From Tubulanus polymorphus (lineage: Eukaryota > Animalia > Nemertea): DNA of 64,000 nucleotides. The notes beneath the pieces are model-generated. The model ran no database searches. It saw only the letters and a program-made list of their open reading frames with translations, and was not told the DNA's origin. Below, piece by piece: positions 1 to 11,350 of this stretch. Where the stretch lies: NCBI RefSeq assembly GCF_964204645.1, contig NC_134033.1, positions 11,478,655 through 11,542,654 of the forward strand. The letters are read 5' to 3'. Made by a program: the position numbers and the translations under genes. The number at the start of each line of letters is the position of its first letter. Position 1 is the stretch's first letter.

Positions 1-1144
1 ATTGACTTCAACCCTTAAACAAATGCCAAATGTGACTTTCATGGCGTAGAACTTTGTTGTAGATTCATGCAGATCAATCTACAGCATTATACCACCCTTA
101 AATACATTCTTTGGGTGACGTGGTATTTGTGTTTTTCCCAGACAGACACTACATCATTATACAGTCAGAAGCTTTGTTTAAAAACGATTGTTTCGAATGA
201 AAATGTCATGTAAATGATATCCGAGCTTGCTATGACACAGATGATTTCTCTTGTTGAATAGTTTTTGTCCTCATTAATCACCATCTTTATGTTAGAGTAT
301 AAGCTGTATGCCAGACAGTAGCAGTTGTTCGAAATATGATAGAAAATAGGCACGTAATACGTGTAAATGTACATCCGATTTTGTGCGCATGATACATATT
401 TTTAACTTTATACTAGATGTCTAGATTCCATGCATTACTTGACAAATCCAGCGATACTGGTAACAAAAGGTGAAGTGCCTCCTGGAGGCAGCACAATGCA
501 TAGTATCACAATTTCCTTTAAAACAACCGATGTAACCATGTCATAAAGAAATATACAAAGTTTAATGAATTTATCTTAAACGGTAACGGCGATCGTTGCG
601 ACCCCATACTTTTACTGATGGCAGCTCATCAGAAAAAAAATCATTGTATAGCAATTACCTATGGGACCATACCCCGAACAAGTGTATCGAGTTTCATTAA
701 ATCATCTTGAGCGGTTACTGTTAAAAATGTATTTCATTGACTCGTCATAAACCATCATAGTATGGGTCAGATATTATCAATAACCGATATTTTCATGAAC
801 TAATCTGTATTCCAGACTAGACTGAGAAGATCGTTATAGACTGATAATCATCGATTTCATTATCCTAATAATTTCTCTAATGGGTTCGTTTTTATACGGA
901 TTTATCGAATAACTTTATTTTCTGCGCAGCAATGTGTTCCCGTCATGCATCCTACACGCGGCATTGATGTAACATCGTGTACCGGAACTCCATTTTGGTG
1001 ATGTCTTCGACAAATTAAATTCATTTTCAATAGATGGATATCGCCGCATTTTGTTGTTTCGGGTGGTCATGATTAATTAGTTTTGTTAAAATGTTGGGGC
1101 GAAAATATAATTCAAAATCATGTTTCCAGCAGAAATATGTGGAG

Positions 1145-3143
1145 AGCCTTTTTACAGTTTCCAGGCGCTATTTTTTTGGGTACCCGCCGGGTCCGCATTG
1201 TTGAATTTTTTGTCCCTATTTTTCTCCGGTTTAATTTTTTTATTTCGTTCATATCTCTGGATTTGATTAAGATAAAAACAAAGTAAAAATATCGATGAAC
1301 TTGGCTGATAATAAACTTTTTTATGATATCACTCATTCAACTTGAATTATTGCTCATCTCATTCAAAAGTTCGTAATTCTTACAAATTTTAATCTACATT
1401 TTTGAAGTTTTCAGGATCAATAGCCATCTATATGTGGTCCTATATACCTTTTACCGTTTTCAATTATCCGTATTAGTTTTTAAGTAGTTGCGAGTCAAAC
1501 TTCCAAAACACGTTTTCCCCGGTCCCTTGCGTGCATCTATATATCAGGAAATTTCACAATTTCACCGGTCCCTACTTTGTTGAAAATCAATTTTTTAAGT
1601 AACCATAGAAATAAGGGCACCTAGGTTTTTGAAAAATGGTAATTAAAGATATATATTCTCTAGGATTTGTCAAAATAAACGAAATAACCCAGGTGTTGCT
1701 TTAACCAGCTATCTAGGTTCACAACAGAAATTATCATTTTGTCCAACGTGTTTCATTCGATTCCAAAACTGCACGTACGGGTATACGATTGCAAATGTCA
1801 AAGTCAGACATTATGTGGCACATGCATGAGAACCACAGTCTCAATGCTGCGTCGTATTGCCGTCGCAATTTTACATGGCTACTTACGTGAAGTGGGCTAA
1901 TACAGACCTTGAATACAGACCTTGAGAATGTGCCAAATCTCAAAACAACTATCAAACGCATGAGATCAATTTTGACAGAAAGTAAACGAATGTTATGTTC
2001 CTCAATATATACTAATATATTCAAAAGTTCCAATCTTTACAACACAATCGACTAAGCCTAATATATTCAAATTCAATTTGAAACACCTTCCAGCTCGTGT
2101 CACGATCAGTAATAAAGATCGAACATCGAACATTCTCAAAAAAGCAAACTCGATCCAACGGTTTGCAAGCGTCAAGTTTGACACAGCCATGGCTGCCTCC
2201 ATTTGCGTGGAGCTGCTGCTGCAAATTCAAAAATGTAAATCGGGTACCGGTATTTAACCGAGGACCGAGTGCTCGCCATTACACCATGGTATTTCTGATG
2301 GTTGACTTTTGAACAACTGGCTCGAGAATCACCTGCCAACCGCCGTATTTCATTGATGCAATATACTGTGAAACAATATAATATTGACGGGAGATCAATG
2401 AAACTTAAATGCCTGACACTAGAAGACTTATTTCGACTTTTTTGACTATCTTAGATGATTGTGAGAGGGGTCCAAAAATAAGGACATTTTCCGTATATTA
2501 AGGCTGCGAGTAGGGTGCTCCTCGATGTTGAAACAAATACATCCAAAACAATATAATTTGCAAGAGGATGAGTGTTAGATTTGTAGGTTTTATGCGATCA
2601 CTGTCTTGACAAAGATGGTAACCTTAATGGGAAGGAGCAGGGGTCCGGACTACCGACCCTCCAAACCCGTAGTCTGCCCCTGTGTTACTAGAAATATATC
2701 TCTATTTACCATTTTTTCAAATAACTAGATGCCCTTGTTTCCATAGTTACTGAAAATTTTGATTTTAACAAAGTAGGACCGGTTGAATTGTCAAATTTCT
2801 TGGTATAAATATGCAAACATGATTCTCTAGAAAACGTGTTTTGGAAGTTTGACTCGCAACTACTTAAAAACTAATACGGATAATTGAAAACGGTAAAAGG
2901 TATATAGGACCACATATAGATGGCTATTGATCCTGAAAACTTGTTGCATTAACTTAATAAATGAATGATATAAAAAAAAAGTTTGTTATCAGCCGAGTTC
3001 ATCGATATTTTTACTTTGTTTCTATCTTTATCCAATCCAGAGATATGAACGAAATAAAAAAATTAATAATTTGGACAAATAATTCAACAATGCGGACCCG
3101 GTGGGTACCCAAAAAAATGGCGCCTGGAAACTGTAAAAAGGCT
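1145..3143. mobile_element. Foldback-like non-autonomous DNA transposon with ~500-bp terminal inverted arms
   Basis: Begins AGCCTTTTTACAGTTTCCAGGCGC and ends GCGCCTGGAAACTGTAAAAAGGCT. Arms are ~1145-1663 and ~2688-3143, with 1405-1517 the exact reverse complement of 2830-2942. Absent from the paralogous site at ~13523-13530. No transposase ORF and no clear TSD. Confidence 0.88.
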
Positions 3144-3893
3144 TATTGTTATATGAATATATGTTTGTATATCCTTAAATTTTATCATTCATTTCATAAA
3201 AAAACTGGACAATAATATTTGATAGCTAAGAATACAACTACAGGCTGACCGAGGGCTCCTTGTAATTCTTGAACATGTTCCGCTGGAACTTTTGTTTTCC
3301 TCGACGAGGTCTCATGGTCCACGGTCCTCTCGCTAATTCAGTCCCTGGAAAGGCCGGTTAGAAATGGGTAACCATAAGTCCTAATCCTCCAGTGGAAATA
3401 TTAGTGACCAATAATCATAACTTCAAGAATTTCTTAATTCTGACGTTGTTTTTTATTTGGTTCATACATGATCAGGCAAATTTATCAATATCATGATGCT
3501 GTGCAGCCAATATCCTTTACAAACAACATTTCCCAGCCATGGCTGGGCAACAAGATTGGTCTATAGAGAAAAACCAATATGTACCCTTTTGGCTATTGCA
3601 ATAGCAACTAATTCCTCTTTTTTGAAACCCCACTTCTGAAAAATTTAGAAAAAAAAACCCGTTTAGGTGGGAATTGTATTGAAAACAGTACGTAAACTTA
3701 TCTGATTGCACGTGAACCGAATGATTGTCATAGATTACCTTCATTTGCTGCGATAGTTCCAATGACCATAAACAAGGCCAACGCGATGAACAGAGTTTTA
3801 GTGAACATACTGAAATAAATACGTTACAATATTACATAACAACTAGGTAATAGACGACAGAATAAACCTAGTATTAGAACCTATTAGCTGGAT

Positions 3894-3923
3894 CATGGAC
3901 TCTAAAACGTTTTAGAGTCCATG
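3894..3923. mobile_element. 30-bp perfect palindrome with 7-bp TSD (putative P-superfamily excision footprint or micro-MITE)
   Basis: GCTGGAT[CATGGACTCTAAAACGTTTTAGAGTCCATG]GCTGGAT; direct repeats at 3887-3893 and 3924-3930. Confidence 0.8.
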
Positions 3924-4194
3924 GCTGGATGAAGAATATTTCGAATTTGTGTCATCGAGTTTTGTTTTCGGCTCGAATGGTTACATGTAGATGAACAAAA
4001 TGCTAGTTCATTTGGTAAAATCTCAGATAAGTCAAATTAAGTGAAATAAAACTCCACATATTTAGACCTGGGTTCAATACCAAATTCAAGAACTGGGTCC
4101 ACAGCCAAATGAAACCGATTCAATTCAGGTCAAAATCAGATAGAATCCACACATTATTGTGGAACAGGATCATTTCTGTATTGAATGATTAAAC

Positions 4195-4229
4195 CATGGA
4201 CTATAAAACGATTAGTTTCAGAGTCCATG
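4195..4229. mobile_element. 35-bp CATGGAC...GTCCATG element with 7-bp TSD (same family as 3894)
   Basis: ATTAAAC[CATGGACTATAAAACGATTAGTTTCAGAGTCCATG]ATTAAAC; direct repeats at 4188-4194 and 4230-4236. Confidence 0.78.
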
Positions 4230-6123
4230 ATTAAACCTACTAGAGGCTATATGTTACAAACCACGGAGCTGTACATACCTTATCGTGTGTTTCAAGTAAA
4301 CAATATCATACAGTTTATAATTCCAGTCTTATACATTTCCCAAATTCCCGAATTCGTCATTTCAGACAAATCGTGTCATATATCATCATAATTCCGTCTG
4401 AATATGGCTTAATTTTTTCTGCATGTAGAGCCTTCCATCATTTAACGCTCTAGAATTAGGATTAGCGATCAGAAAATGAAACTTCAAACTCCTCACGGTT
4501 GCAGCGATATACGGTAATAAAAAAATGCCTTTCTTACATTTGTGGAACTACCTCCTACGGCCCTCAAATCTTGCCTCTTGGTCTACCGCTGACATCACGA
4601 CAAATTATGATTCTGAAAATTCATAATCCTTTGTTTCGTAACAGGATTACATACGCGTAAATTAAAATAAATTTCATAACATTAGGATTATAAACGGATT
4701 ATAGGTATATGTTTCACTAAACTCGATACAAGCCATTAATTTGTATTATATATTATTTATCGATATAACCGATATTTCAATAAAATAGTCATCTGTATTC
4801 CAGTCTAGACCGAAGCGATTATTTCAGACGGATGTCATCGATTTTTATTCAAATATCCTAAAACGAAATATCAGAAAATTATCAATAAGTGAAAGTGAGT
4901 AACCGTGAAGAGTTTGACACACGGCTGAATTTGACCACATATCCAACTCTGAAATCTCTCGAATCCGTTGTCGCAGTTCTTGAACTGAGTTTTCCTTCAC
5001 TAAGACACGAACGGTATTTTTGCGATACATTTAAATCACTTTTAATTAAATCGCCAGAAATCCAGTTTCACCAAACTGATTGCAGAAAATAGACTATATC
5101 AATACGAATCTAACATATTCAGTTTTCTTATTATCATGTTTATTCGGAGCTTTCGTAAAAGTCGCCTCCGAACCAGTTTAAACAATAGATTCTCTCTCCA
5201 CTCATAATCATATTCCTTCAAAGTATATCATTACTTTATGCCTCATAAACAGTTTAATCAGAAATTTACTCATTAACTTGTTCTCCCCTGTAAATATACC
5301 GCTTAGTAAAAAAACGTTGTGAACGCCAGATATTTTTGGAAGAGCTTCTTTCTGCATTCTACCAGGTTACATTCCCATGATGTGATCTAACCCGAGTCTC
5401 CGCTGCCCGATTTATGAGGACATTTGGATTCAGTCAACCCATAAATACCCTTTCTAATGTAATGATCTTATTTGGCCAAACGATTTACCATTTCCCGAGC
5501 AGACTTCTGTACTCCTGGTGCCACCTGGAACAATCATGTATTGTGGACACTGTTATGTAGTTCAGATATATCTGGCATAGTTATTTAATAGCGTCTATTT
5601 TCGTTGAATAAAAACACATTAAGATAATTTTGGAACTTCATGTTGTATTAATCATTCCAATCAATTACGATTATGGTCATACTTTCAGCTCATCGTAGTG
5701 GATGGAGTTAATGATGCTTTTATGTGTAATCTAACCCCTGTCCTACATGCTTTCAGTATTGCTTTCGAACAATTTCAGTTTTTGATTTTACCATGTCTGA
5801 GAAGAACTAATCCATACAATCAATTTTGCTACGTATTTTATGAAATTACTCATAATGTACATATGGGCTATTTAGGTAATTTTCGTGTTGAATTGGACGA
5901 ACAGATTTGATGGTTTGATAGTGACTCATGCAGCAAATTATCTAATCGCTTAACAAATTGTTTCATCAATGATATGACCTGCACAAAGCCATTGTGTCTT
6001 CAGTTAAGTTGCATTAGGATATCAGAACGGATAGAGGACACTTCCTACACATATGAGCTACTCATATCTGCGAGCTTCGCCATTCTTGAATACTTAACAA
6101 TCGAAGAAATCATAAGAGCAGAT

Positions 6124-7086
6124 ATGACTCTTTCATACTGGAATAACACTGCCGGTTTAGAATCGATCCGATACGTTAGCCTATTATTCAATCAGTATTT
6201 CCCACCGGTCATAATAGGGCTGGGCGTACCGGCAAACATCTTAGCTATCATAGTGCTCAGCTCGCCACGTTACCGGGGTCTTACTACATCCTTCTATCTG
6301 AGATTCCTGTCGGTTTTCGATACGAACTTATTAGCTGTTGTGTTATTGCTTAGTTACCTGGAAGACAATCGCCCGGAATTGATTTCGAACGTTTTTTGTA
6401 AAATTTACTACACCGAAGACTATTTCGGTTTCGCGATATCGAACAGTCTGTTAGTCGTTGTTACGGTCGATAGATTCGTAGCGATACAATTCCCGCTAAA
6501 AGCGAAGAGCTGGTGCACGGTTAAGCGTGCAAGATGGGTCGTTCTGTTTGTGTTTATATTTGTCGCATTATGCTATTCACATTTGTTGATCTACGGTGGA
6601 TCGGAAACACCGATCTACGGCGGTGAACCATTCTGCCGACTTCAACTAGAAGGCGTTTGGAGGGACGTGTTCTATATGTTTGACGTCATATATTCTGTTT
6701 ATATACCATTCCCTGTCCTGCTTATTCTCAACATCTTAATGGCCAGAATTGTACTGAAGAGCAGGAAACAACGTGAAAGTACTTCGTCCGGTACAAAATT
6801 GCACCAACGAGAAATTTCCCTCACGATTCTCCTACTTCTCGTCTGTTTTGTGTTCCTTGTTACAAGTTTACCCTACGTTTTCCATGCAAATTTTTGGGAA
6901 AGTGGCAACGTTGATTATGAAAACGACCCCGTTCTGTCTGAACTACGCCGCGCGAGTTCTTCTATATCTTATGTTTTTCTATTCATCAATCCGATGGTAA
7001 ATTTCTACCTGTATTGCTTGGGAAGTTCGAAATTCCGTGGCGAGTTTAAGAGACTATTAAGGTGTTGGGCTTCTTCAGTGCGATAG
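6124..7086 (+). CDS. Intronless class A (rhodopsin-family) GPCR, peptide-receptor-like (FMRFamide/GHSR-like group), ~320 aa
   Basis: ORF 5974-7086; probable start is Met 6124 (MTLSYWNNTAG, N-glycosylation site NNT). Seven hydrophobic segments with class A motifs: GVPANILAIIVL (TM1), YLRFLSVFD (TM2), Cys at the top of TM3, VTVDRFVAIQFPL (DRY-like), IPFPVLLILN (TM5), FLVTSLP (TM6), INPMVNFYLY (TM7), SKFRGEF (helix 8). AATAAA at 7228-7233. Confidence 0.92.
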   Translation: MTLSYWNNTAGLESIRYVSLLFNQYFPPVIIGLGVPANILAIIVLSSPRYRGLTTSFYLRFLSVFDTNLLAVVLLLSYLEDNRPELISNVFCKIYYTEDYFGFAISNSLLVVVTVDRFVAIQFPLKAKSWCTVKRARWVVLFVFIFVALCYSHLLIYGGSETPIYGGEPFCRLQLEGVWRDVFYMFDVIYSVYIPFPVLLILNILMARIVLKSRKQRESTSSGTKLHQREISLTILLLLVCFVFLVTSLPYVFHANFWESGNVDYENDPVLSELRRASSSISYVFLFINPMVNFYLYCLGSSKFRGEFKRLLRCWASSVR

Positions 7087-8339
7087 TTCGGTTCCCTTCG
7101 TTCTTATTATACACACCGGACCTCTTTGTAGTTCAGCCACTGTGCTTCATTGGTAAACATTCTACGTATTAATTTTCCAGTGAATTACAAAATATGATGT
7201 ATTTTTATCTTGTTTATATGTGGTAGAAATAAAGTTATTACTTTAATGCAGATAATTCATCAAAACAGCAATGGTGCAATGTCTTTACTGGAATCTTCTC
7301 TTCATTTTTGTCGTTGATAATTCTGTTGGCAAATCTTAATCGCTCTTTAAACCTGAATACTGAAAACATTGTATGATTAATTTACTCATTATTTTACTTC
7401 CACTGCATTCTCGATTTTCTGCTCGATTGAAATACACTAGTAGATGGCTCATTTCTCGTCGAAAGCACCACTTCTATCGAAAGTAGTTTAGAATCTCATT
7501 GAGATTTCTATCTCGAATTGTAATCTGTCATATGTCATTATTTCCACCAACTGCAAGACTGGTTTTGGTCTATCCAGATATTTAAACGTATAACGGTTTG
7601 AATTATGTTAGATCGAAATACTGTATCAACCATGCTTATTCATCAATGAATTAACTTCCAGTAAAACATCACCGTTTTAGGCAGGTCATCTACACAGAGG
7701 ATTATTGACAGTATTGGTGTTGCACTTGATCAAAATCTCTTTTTCCATCTTTTACGAGTCACATAAACAATATTTGTCGTAGTGCTAATTGTCATCTAGG
7801 GATATACGCTACGGTATTTAAGCCAGCAAGGCAAAAACCCGCATCGCTGCTTTGCGGCTGTTTTTAGAGTTTTCTGCGACTTCGTAGGACGTATTGTTTT
7901 CTCGTCATTATCAGTGACCGCCCCCTTTTCCAGCCAGCGAGTGTTTCTAAAGTTCGGTCGACTTCTTCCAGCTTCTAAACGTTATGTTAAATTACTAAAA
8001 AGAATAAACGACACTGTATAAACTGCTCACTGGGTGTCATGCTCTTATCATAAAATGAAAATTATTCTGTGACGTGAAATATTGTATATTGTATATAATA
8101 TAAGCGTATCTGCCTTATACTAGCTGATGTATCCATTTCAAATACATTCGACATCCCGGAAATCAGAAATCGGTGACGCTACAGGGAAATCACTAATTGC
8201 CTCATAAAAAACGAGGATTCACATCAACCATCTACAAATGAAGAAGATATCAATTCTGGGTCCGCCTGAATCATATTTCATAATTCAGTTACTACAGCTT
8301 TCCATTATAAGTTGTTACCTGTAAGGGTTAGTAAGTAGC

Positions 8340-8449
8340 TCTTCCGCGCAACTCCTGCGCGCCGCTCCACTGTCCCGCTCCTCCGTGCCGCTCCTGCGTG
8401 CTGCTCCTGCGTGCCGTTCTTCCGTGCTTCTCCTGCGTTCTTCTCCTCC
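8340..8449 (+). repeat. GC-rich imperfect ~13-bp tandem repeat (CTCCTGCGTGCCG-like) upstream of GPCR2
   Basis: About 8 degenerate units, e.g. ctcctgcgcgccg / ctcctccgtgccg / ctcctgcgtgctg / ctcctgcgtgccg. Confidence 0.8.
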
Positions 8450-8520
8450 AATACGCGAGGAAACACGGTCAGTTTAACCTACGAATAATTATCTCGACGA
8501 GGTAATTGGGCTCGTCGGTT

Positions 8521-8527
8521 TATAAAA
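8521..8527 (+). promoter_or_regulatory. Putative TATA box of GPCR2
   Basis: TATAAAA with GC-richer flanks, 60 bp upstream of ATG 8581 and ~30 bp before an initiator-like TCACTT. Confidence 0.45.
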
Positions 8528-8580
8528 CTGCGCTCCCAAACAGTTTTCACTTGTATAACACTCTCACTTGATCCTCGTTA

Positions 8581-9534
8581 ATGATGAATTCGACTCGGAT
8601 ACAAATCGGTCGACCTTACAACAGTTACATCGTTCTCACGTCGTTGGTGAACAAGTCTGGAAGCTATCGTATCGTGCCAATGGTCATTATGCTTTTTCTA
8701 TTGCCAATTGGAATCTTCGGAAATTCGGCAACTTTCCTGATAATGATAAGTCGTAGATTCCGCAGGTTATCTTACGCTAATTATCTCATCGTTTTGGCTG
8801 TCAGTGACTTTTTGTATATCATCAATTGCGCATTGATGCCTGTGTTACAGTTTGTTCTCTTGTTCGCGAAACCTCCGATATTCACCATGAGTTCATTAAC
8901 CAGTTGTCAAATCTACGAATTTTTTATGATAGTTGTTGTCAGTAATAGTTCGTGGTTGATAGTAGCGATATCTCTAGAACGTGCGGCAGTTGTGCTCTTC
9001 CCGTTCACATCTCGTTTGATATGTACACCTACATTCGCCCGACTTATAATATTGGTAATTACCGCCGTGAATGTTCTGATTCTATATCTCATACCTACTT
9101 TGTCGATACATTTTGTCAACCAGTCTTTCGGATGTTACTACGACGTATTTGACCAGGGAATGATGTTTACCATTAATGTCATCCATATTAACCTCCTACC
9201 TCTAACCTTTATTATCATGTCTAATTCTGTCATAATAGTTCAGTTGTTATTCAGAGGTTCGAAAATGGTTTCGTCCGATCAGAAAACTACAAAATCAAAA
9301 CGTACAACGATAATGCTTGTAACTGTTTCACTCGCATTTGCTATATTTAATCTACCGAACACCATTTCCGTACTGTTACCAATTTCCACAAAACTAATGA
9401 ATTTCCTACTTGACATTTTTACCCAGTTTCATGTTTGTAACTATGTGATAAATTTCTACATATATCTTTTACTTGGACGAGAAATTCGTGAATATTTTTG
9501 TACAAAGATCTGCTGTAGAAATTCGGTCAAATAA
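8581..9534 (+). CDS. Intronless class A GPCR, divergent peptide-receptor-like/orphan, 317 aa
   Basis: GIFGNSATFLIM (TM1 GN), YLIVLAVSD (TM2 LAxxD), Cys before TM3, ISLERAAVVLFPF (DRY variant ERA), LLPLTFIIMSN (TM5), FAIFNLP (TM6), NYVINFYIY (TM7), REIREYF (helix 8); N-terminal NST glycosylation site. Confidence 0.9.
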   Translation: MMNSTRIQIGRPYNSYIVLTSLVNKSGSYRIVPMVIMLFLLPIGIFGNSATFLIMISRRFRRLSYANYLIVLAVSDFLYIINCALMPVLQFVLLFAKPPIFTMSSLTSCQIYEFFMIVVVSNSSWLIVAISLERAAVVLFPFTSRLICTPTFARLIILVITAVNVLILYLIPTLSIHFVNQSFGCYYDVFDQGMMFTINVIHINLLPLTFIIMSNSVIIVQLLFRGSKMVSSDQKTTKSKRTTIMLVTVSLAFAIFNLPNTISVLLPISTKLMNFLLDIFTQFHVCNYVINFYIYLLLGREIREYFCTKICCRNSVK

Positions 9535-10437
9535 TCATTGATTTCAAGTTTACACTAATCAACTTCAACTCGTATTTAATTATGGCGGTTTCCTGACAAA
9601 AAGAACTCTTCGGCATTTATTGAGCTAAGTAGACGATTTTTGTGTACCTTTTTCTTCGACATGAAATTTTTCCAAGAGATTTTTATCGACGCATTTTTTT
9701 CTCTCCGAATCTTGACTTTAAGGATTAAGAATCGAAATATAGACGAAATGGAATCGTGGTAAACTGCTCGCAAACTTCAATTTCAATCCAATAACAACAG
9801 TGACGGATCCGAGGGCCGAGGCGTACGGTCTAGCAACCTGCAGATTTTACATGTCGTCCTGCCTTGTTACAAAGCCTCAGAAAAACATACACTTGCTTTA
9901 ATGATTAGATCATTTTTATCATTCGTTTTGGAGCATACGCCAAATTATACAATGTACAAGGTGGATCATAGAAATGGACGATCATCGACGTTAGTTGAGG
10001 CAGCACCTGCCTATAAACAATGGACAACAAATATGGCTAGGTGGACCCAGCAGCCAGTAGGTTGCCGGCTTTCCATGACAGGAGCAAGGAATTCCTCTCT
10101 TTTCAACTTCAATCTCTGCAATAACAATATTATTTTCCAAGACTCTATATACTTGTAAATTCAATTTAACAGCGTATTTCTGATTCACGTGATAATTTTG
10201 AACAAGAAGTTACCTTCTGCGGCAAAGGCTCCGATGACCATAAACAAGGCCAAGGCGATGAACAGAGTCTTGTACATATTCTGAAAGTGAGTGACAATTA
10301 GATATTTTAAGTAAATGGTATGTTACGAATGTTGAAACTTGAAAGCAACGAGGAAATGTGGATTGGTCCGAACCCCCAATCACGCCAGTCCACACTGGGA
10401 GGTATTCGAACCTATGCGAAACCCAGTTATGGTAAAC

Positions 10438-10469
10438 CAGGGACGTGTTAACTAGATTCTACGTCCATG
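10438..10469. mobile_element. 32-bp CAGGGACGT...ACGTCCATG element with 7-bp TSD (related family)
   Basis: GGTAAAC[CAGGGACGTGTTAACTAGATTCTACGTCCATG]GGTAAAC; direct repeats at 10431-10437 and 10470-10476. Confidence 0.72.
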
Positions 10470-11350
10470 GGTAAACCTATCCCCATAGTGGGCATTTATC
10501 ACTGCAGCAACGAGCCTCGTTCATTCATTAGTCACCGCTACTTCTGCTAATCGTCAAGTTTTATCACTTACCTCAGCTTTATTGTGCGTCTTGTTAATGC
10601 AATCCACAACAATAGACTGAAGGCAGAAATTAATCCTTTATGTGAACAAAGTGTGGTGAACGGCTTTTTCACATAAGCAGCTTTGAAGATTTTCAGAATA
10701 AATCCAAGTTCTAAATCAGACATTCGTATAATCCTGCTGAATATTTTCACGCACGTAGGGCTTAAAAAGATATATTTAGGAAAAATGATTTCGTTTTCGT
10801 TATTTTTGTGAACCCATTGTTTGTGAGGCGTCATAATATCATATTAAATTCTGATTTTCCTTACGGTAATAGTCATCTACTTGAGGAAAGCGGCAAAATA
10901 TCGAGCCTGAGAGCTGGAGTTTGCGTAACTAGGTAAACTCAAGTAACCGGAATTTTTGTAAATGGGCATTTTCCACCAAAATCAATCTTCTCGGCAAATA
11001 AAGAACTCTAGCGAGTACAGTTCATTCTTCACCATTGGTATATTGGTCTAATGTTGATAAATTCTTCGCTTGATTTCCCTCATTCCTTCTGGCATTTTTA
11101 CCTCTGGCATTAATACGTGAATTTTATTGACGACCACAATTTTGGTTTTTGTGTTACTCAACATATTTATCAATTCAGAATGTGGCTTTGTTATAAGAAT
11201 AAACTGATTGCTGCACTACTGTTACTCCATTCCCCAACATTATTGACTTCAACCCTTAAACAAATGCAAAATGTAACTTTCATGGTGTAGAACTTTGTTG
11301 TAGATTCATGCAGATCAATCTACAGCATTATACCACCCTTAAATACATTC

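Larger units (their letters stand above)
1..4880 (+). repeat. Segmental duplication copy 1 (paralogous to 11242-14915; extends left of window)
   Basis: 1-109 aligns with 11242-11350, 112-1143 with 12455-13523, 3145-3668 with ~13530-14012, and ~4486-4880 with ~14515-14915. Identity is high, with scattered substitutions and indels; the ORF track shows twin spurious ORFs 165-374 and 12510-12719. Confidence 0.93.

Noticed and set aside
5974-6123. N-terminal 50 codons of the 370-aa GPCR ORF
   Set aside because: Probably 5' UTR or intron read-through; Met 6124 gives a typical short glycosylated N-terminus. Not excluded without transcripts.
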